NCBI GenBank assembly: GCA_002011745.1
Contig: MTOU01000014.1
Location: forward strand, 13,369-77,368
Reading direction: 5' to 3'
Length of the DNA: 64,000 nt
DNA from: Nitrospirae bacterium JdFR-85
GTDB taxonomy: Bacteria > Nitrospirota > Thermodesulfovibrionia > Thermodesulfovibrionales > JdFR-85
Below, piece by piece: positions 61,328 to 64,000 of this stretch. Within the stretch, counting starts at the first letter, position 1; every line of letters begins with the position of its first letter. The translations under genes were made by a program, and so were the position numbers. The notes beneath the pieces were generated by a model, which ran no database searches, had not been told where the DNA came from, and saw only the letters and a program-made list of their open reading frames with translations.

Positions 61328-63082
61328 ATGAAGACCCTGAGAATAGCTCTTGCCCAGATCAACACCACAGTGGGGGATATTGGAGGTAATGCCAGGAAGA
61401 TCATCTCTTATATCAAAGAGGCTGAGGCCCATAATGTGGATGTGGTGGTATTCCCTGAACTCTCAGTAACAGGCTATCCACCTGAGGATCTACTCCTTAA
61501 ACCACAGTTTATAGAGGACAATCTAAGTGCACTTAAAGAGATAATGGAAGAGGTGGGTGATCTGGTTGCAATAGTGGGGTTTGTGGACAGGGATGCAGAT
61601 ATATACAATGCTGCTGCAGTTATCCATAATAGAACTCTCGTGGATGTCTATCATAAGGTGTTTCTGCCCAACTACGGGGTTTTTGATGAGGTGAGATACT
61701 TTCAGGCAGGCAGAAGGGCTCCTGTTTATAGAATACCTGTGTCAAAGGATAAAGAGGCGGTGATTGGTGTAAATATCTGCGAGGATATATGGTTTCCTGA
61801 TGGCCCTCATAGACAGCAGGCCCTCTCAGGTGCAGAGGTGGTGATTAATATAAATGCCTCTCCCTATCATATTGGTAAACCTCTGTTCAGGGAGAGGATG
61901 CTCTCCACAAGGGCGTCAGATTCTTCTGTAATAGTAGTCTATCTAAACATGGTGGGAGGACAGGATGAACTCGTATTTGACGGATGTAGTCTCATATTCG
62001 ATGAAAAAGGAGAGCTTCTTTACAGAGGCAAACAGTTTGAGGAGGAATTCATCATAGCAGACTTGAATCTTGATGCTGTATTTATGAGAAGACTACATGA
62101 TCCGAGAAGAAGACAGGAGGCACTGAGAGGAGAGACCGCTTCAGAGGAGGTGGTTATACAGGAGAGAAAGACACAGAAGAAGGATATTAAGCCTCTGAGT
62201 TCCGACAGGGCCAAGATCCGTGAACTTATGGGGCAAGAAGAAGAGGTCTACTCTGCACTGGTTCTCGGCACAAGGGATTATGTAAAAAAGAATGGTTTTG
62301 ACTCTGTGGTTATAGGACTGAGTGGAGGGATAGACTCCTCGCTTGTAGCAACAGTGGCTGTTGATGCCCTTGGAAAGGAAAAAGTGAAGGGGGTCTTTAT
62401 GCCTTCTCCTTACACTTCTGTTGAGAGCAGAGAGGATGTAGAGGCCCTTGTATCTAATCTGGGGATCAGGTCTTTTACTATCCCGATTAATGGTATATTT
62501 GAGAGCTATCTCCAGTCTCTCAGAGATGTTTTTAGAGACAGAGAGGCTGATGTAACAGAGGAGAATATCCAGGCAAGGATAAGGGGTAATCTGCTGATGG
62601 CACTATCAAATAAGTTTGGCTGGCTTGTTCTCACTACAGGCAATAAATCAGAGATGTCTGTTGGTTATGCAACCCTTTATGGAGATATGGCAGGCGGATT
62701 TGCTGTCATCAAGGATGTACCAAAGACAATGGTTTACAGGCTTGCAAAGTGGAGAAATGGGGTGGCCAAGAGACCGATTATTCCAGAGAGGGTTATCTGG
62801 AAAGAGCCCTCTGCAGAACTTAAACCTGACCAGAAAGACACAGATACTCTACCTCCCTACGAGATCCTTGATCCGATTCTTAAGGCATATATTGAAGAGG
62901 ACAGGAGTTTTCACGAGATACTGGGGCTTGGATGTGAGCTGGAATGTACTCAGAAGGTTATCAGAATGATTGACAGGAGTGAATACAAGAGACGACAGGC
63001 TCCACCTGGAATCAAGATTACAGAAAGGGCCTTTGGTAGAGACCGCAGATTCCCCATCACAAACAGATACCAGAGCTTTTAA
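61328..63082 (+). CDS. nadE: glutamine-dependent NAD+ synthetase (CN-hydrolase + NAD synthetase domains)
   Basis: Nitrilase-type FPELSVTGY and NICEDIW motifs; N-type ATP-PPase [12 protein letters not shown] 61328 has a GAGG SD (the track begins at TTG 61325). Confidence 0.92.
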   Translation: MKTLRIALAQINTTVGDIGGNARKIISYIKEAEAHNVDVVVFPELSVTGYPPEDLLLKPQFIEDNLSALKEIMEEVGDLVAIVGFVDRDADIYNAAAVIHNRTLVDVYHKVFLPNYGVFDEVRYFQAGRRAPVYRIPVSKDKEAVIGVNICEDIWFPDGPHRQQALSGAEVVININASPYHIGKPLFRERMLSTRASDSSVIVVYLNMVGGQDELVFDGCSLIFDEKGELLYRGKQFEEEFIIADLNLDAVFMRRLHDPRRRQEALRGETASEEVVIQERKTQKKDIKPLSSDRAKIRELMGQEEEVYSALVLGTRDYVKKNGFDSVVIGLSGGIDSSLVATVAVDALGKEKVKGVFMPSPYTSVESREDVEALVSNLGIRSFTIPINGIFESYLQSLRDVFRDREADVTEENIQARIRGNLLMALSNKFGWLVLTTGNKSEMSVGYATLYGDMAGGFAVIKDVPKTMVYRLAKWRNGVAKRPIIPERVIWKEPSAELKPDQKDTDTLPPYEILDPILKAYIEEDRSFHEILGLGCELECTQKVIRMIDRSEYKRRQAPPGIKITERAFGRDRRFPITNRYQSF

Positions 63083-63084
63083 AT

Positions 63085-63990
63085 ATGGACCCTATCACCC
63101 ATGGATTTACGGGTGCTCTGCTGTCAAGGGCATTCAGTCCAAGGCATAAGAATATACTCCTGATTCTGATAATAGCCTCTCTGCTGCCTGACATCGATTA
63201 TATAACACGTTTTTTAGGAGCTGATATATTCCTCCGTTATCATAGAGGGATTACCCATGGCATAGGTGCAATGGTCCTTACACCTTTGGTTATAGGTACA
63301 GTTGCTCGTAGCCTTACAGGAGAAGGATTCCTCTACTATACTGGGGCAGGCTTTCTGGGATACTCTCTACACCTTCTCATGGACCTTACGACCCAGTATC
63401 CTATCAGGATCCTCTCTCCCCTTGATTGGTATGGTTATTCTCTCGATCTTGCATTTATTGTTGATCCCTATGTGAGCGGGGCTGTGTTGCTCGGGCTTTT
63501 ATTGAGTATGAGAAAGAAGGCAAAAAGGAGGCTTATTGTAGCAGTAGTGCTTCTGTTTCTTATAGTATACATGGGGGTAAGGTTTTATCTGAAGAATCAG
63601 GCAGAGGCATATCTCAGGACCCAGCTTGATGAGTATCACTACAGACTCTGCCCCCTGCCGAATGACTTTCTGAGGTGGTGGTTCGTTGTAAAATCTGGTA
63701 ATACCTATAAGGTGGGGTTTGTGGACCTCTTTACAAGGTCAGTATGCATTAAAAAGGAGTTCACTTACTCTGAAGCACGGCCTGAGATCAAGGAGACAAA
63801 GACATTAAGGACAGTGAGAAACTTTCTATACTTTGCAAAGGCACCCTATGCAGAGTTTGTAAAAAAAGGTGGAGGCGCTCTGGTTAAGTGGTATGAACTC
63901 TCTTATTACTTTCTTCCTGGAGAGCACTTTGTGGCTATAATAGAGTTTGACAGACTCGGTAGAGTTACACGGGAGGAGTTCAGATTCTGA
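63085..63990 (+). CDS. YdjM/DUF457-family membrane-bound metal-dependent hydrolase
   Basis: MDPITHGFTGALL N-terminus, HRGITH and H..MD His motifs, several TM helices. Confidence 0.6.
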   Translation: MDPITHGFTGALLSRAFSPRHKNILLILIIASLLPDIDYITRFLGADIFLRYHRGITHGIGAMVLTPLVIGTVARSLTGEGFLYYTGAGFLGYSLHLLMDLTTQYPIRILSPLDWYGYSLDLAFIVDPYVSGAVLLGLLLSMRKKAKRRLIVAVVLLFLIVYMGVRFYLKNQAEAYLRTQLDEYHYRLCPLPNDFLRWWFVVKSGNTYKVGFVDLFTRSVCIKKEFTYSEARPEIKETKTLRTVRNFLYFAKAPYAEFVKKGGGALVKWYELSYYFLPGEHFVAIIEFDRLGRVTREEFRF

Positions 63991-64000
63991 TGGATATACT

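Noticed and set aside
1-64000. I looked for rRNA, tRNA, CRISPR arrays, integrases, transposases, reverse transcriptases and phage genes.
   Set aside because: No periodic direct repeats with spacers were seen. No cloverleaf-like sequences appeared in the few intergenic gaps. No ORF carried recombinase, transposase or RT motifs. Visual scanning cannot exclude short or degenerate elements.

Overview
The window reads as a compact, AT-leaning chromosomal segment from a diderm (Gram-negative-type) bacterium. About 70 tightly packed genes sit on both strands. I found no rRNA, tRNA, CRISPR array, integrase or transposase. All calls come from motif recognition by eye; no homology search or RNA folding was run.

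Most of the window is housekeeping:
- Lipid and central metabolism: Mla lipid transport (MlaF fragment, MlaD-like), glgC, dapB, ubiB with a phasin-like gene, nadK, nadE.
- Nucleic acid functions: rnr, family-4 UDG, tsaE.
- Transport and partitioning: a ybhGFSR-like ABC-2 exporter, parA-parB with a parS site, ftsY, an MsbA-like exporter.
- Cell envelope and division: pgeF and the block ftsE-ftsX-envC-like-ctpA.

The less ordinary content is:
1. A minus-strand operon of about 10 genes (34962-41343). It encodes a CsgG/HfaB-like channel protein, four LPP20/FlgP-like modules in three genes, and an unannotated 55-aa proline-rich lipoprotein. It also encodes a FlgT-like protein, a SurA-like chaperone, a HAMP membrane protein, an HExxH protein and a Tyr/Cys-rich secreted protein. 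It runs convergently into an export-only polysaccharide locus (OMP, Wza-like, Wzc-like, ligase-TPR; 27995-34959). No flagellar or curli genes are in view. This is my best candidate for an undescribed envelope system.
2. A bacterial cereblon-type CULT-domain protein directly after ftsY.
3. An archaemetzincin translationally coupled to the ABC-2 exporter.
4. A fusion of a PAP2 phosphatase with an ArnT-like glycosyltransferase, overlapped by a receiver-domain gene.
5. A roughly 156-nt rod-like inverted-repeat element (candidate ncRNA or MITE) in a small accessory islet, next to a PIN/AbrB toxin-antitoxin pair.
6. A recurring TATAAT-N6-10-ATG geometry that suggests leaderless mRNAs.
7. An ABC ATPase whose Walker A region lies upstream of any canonical start codon.
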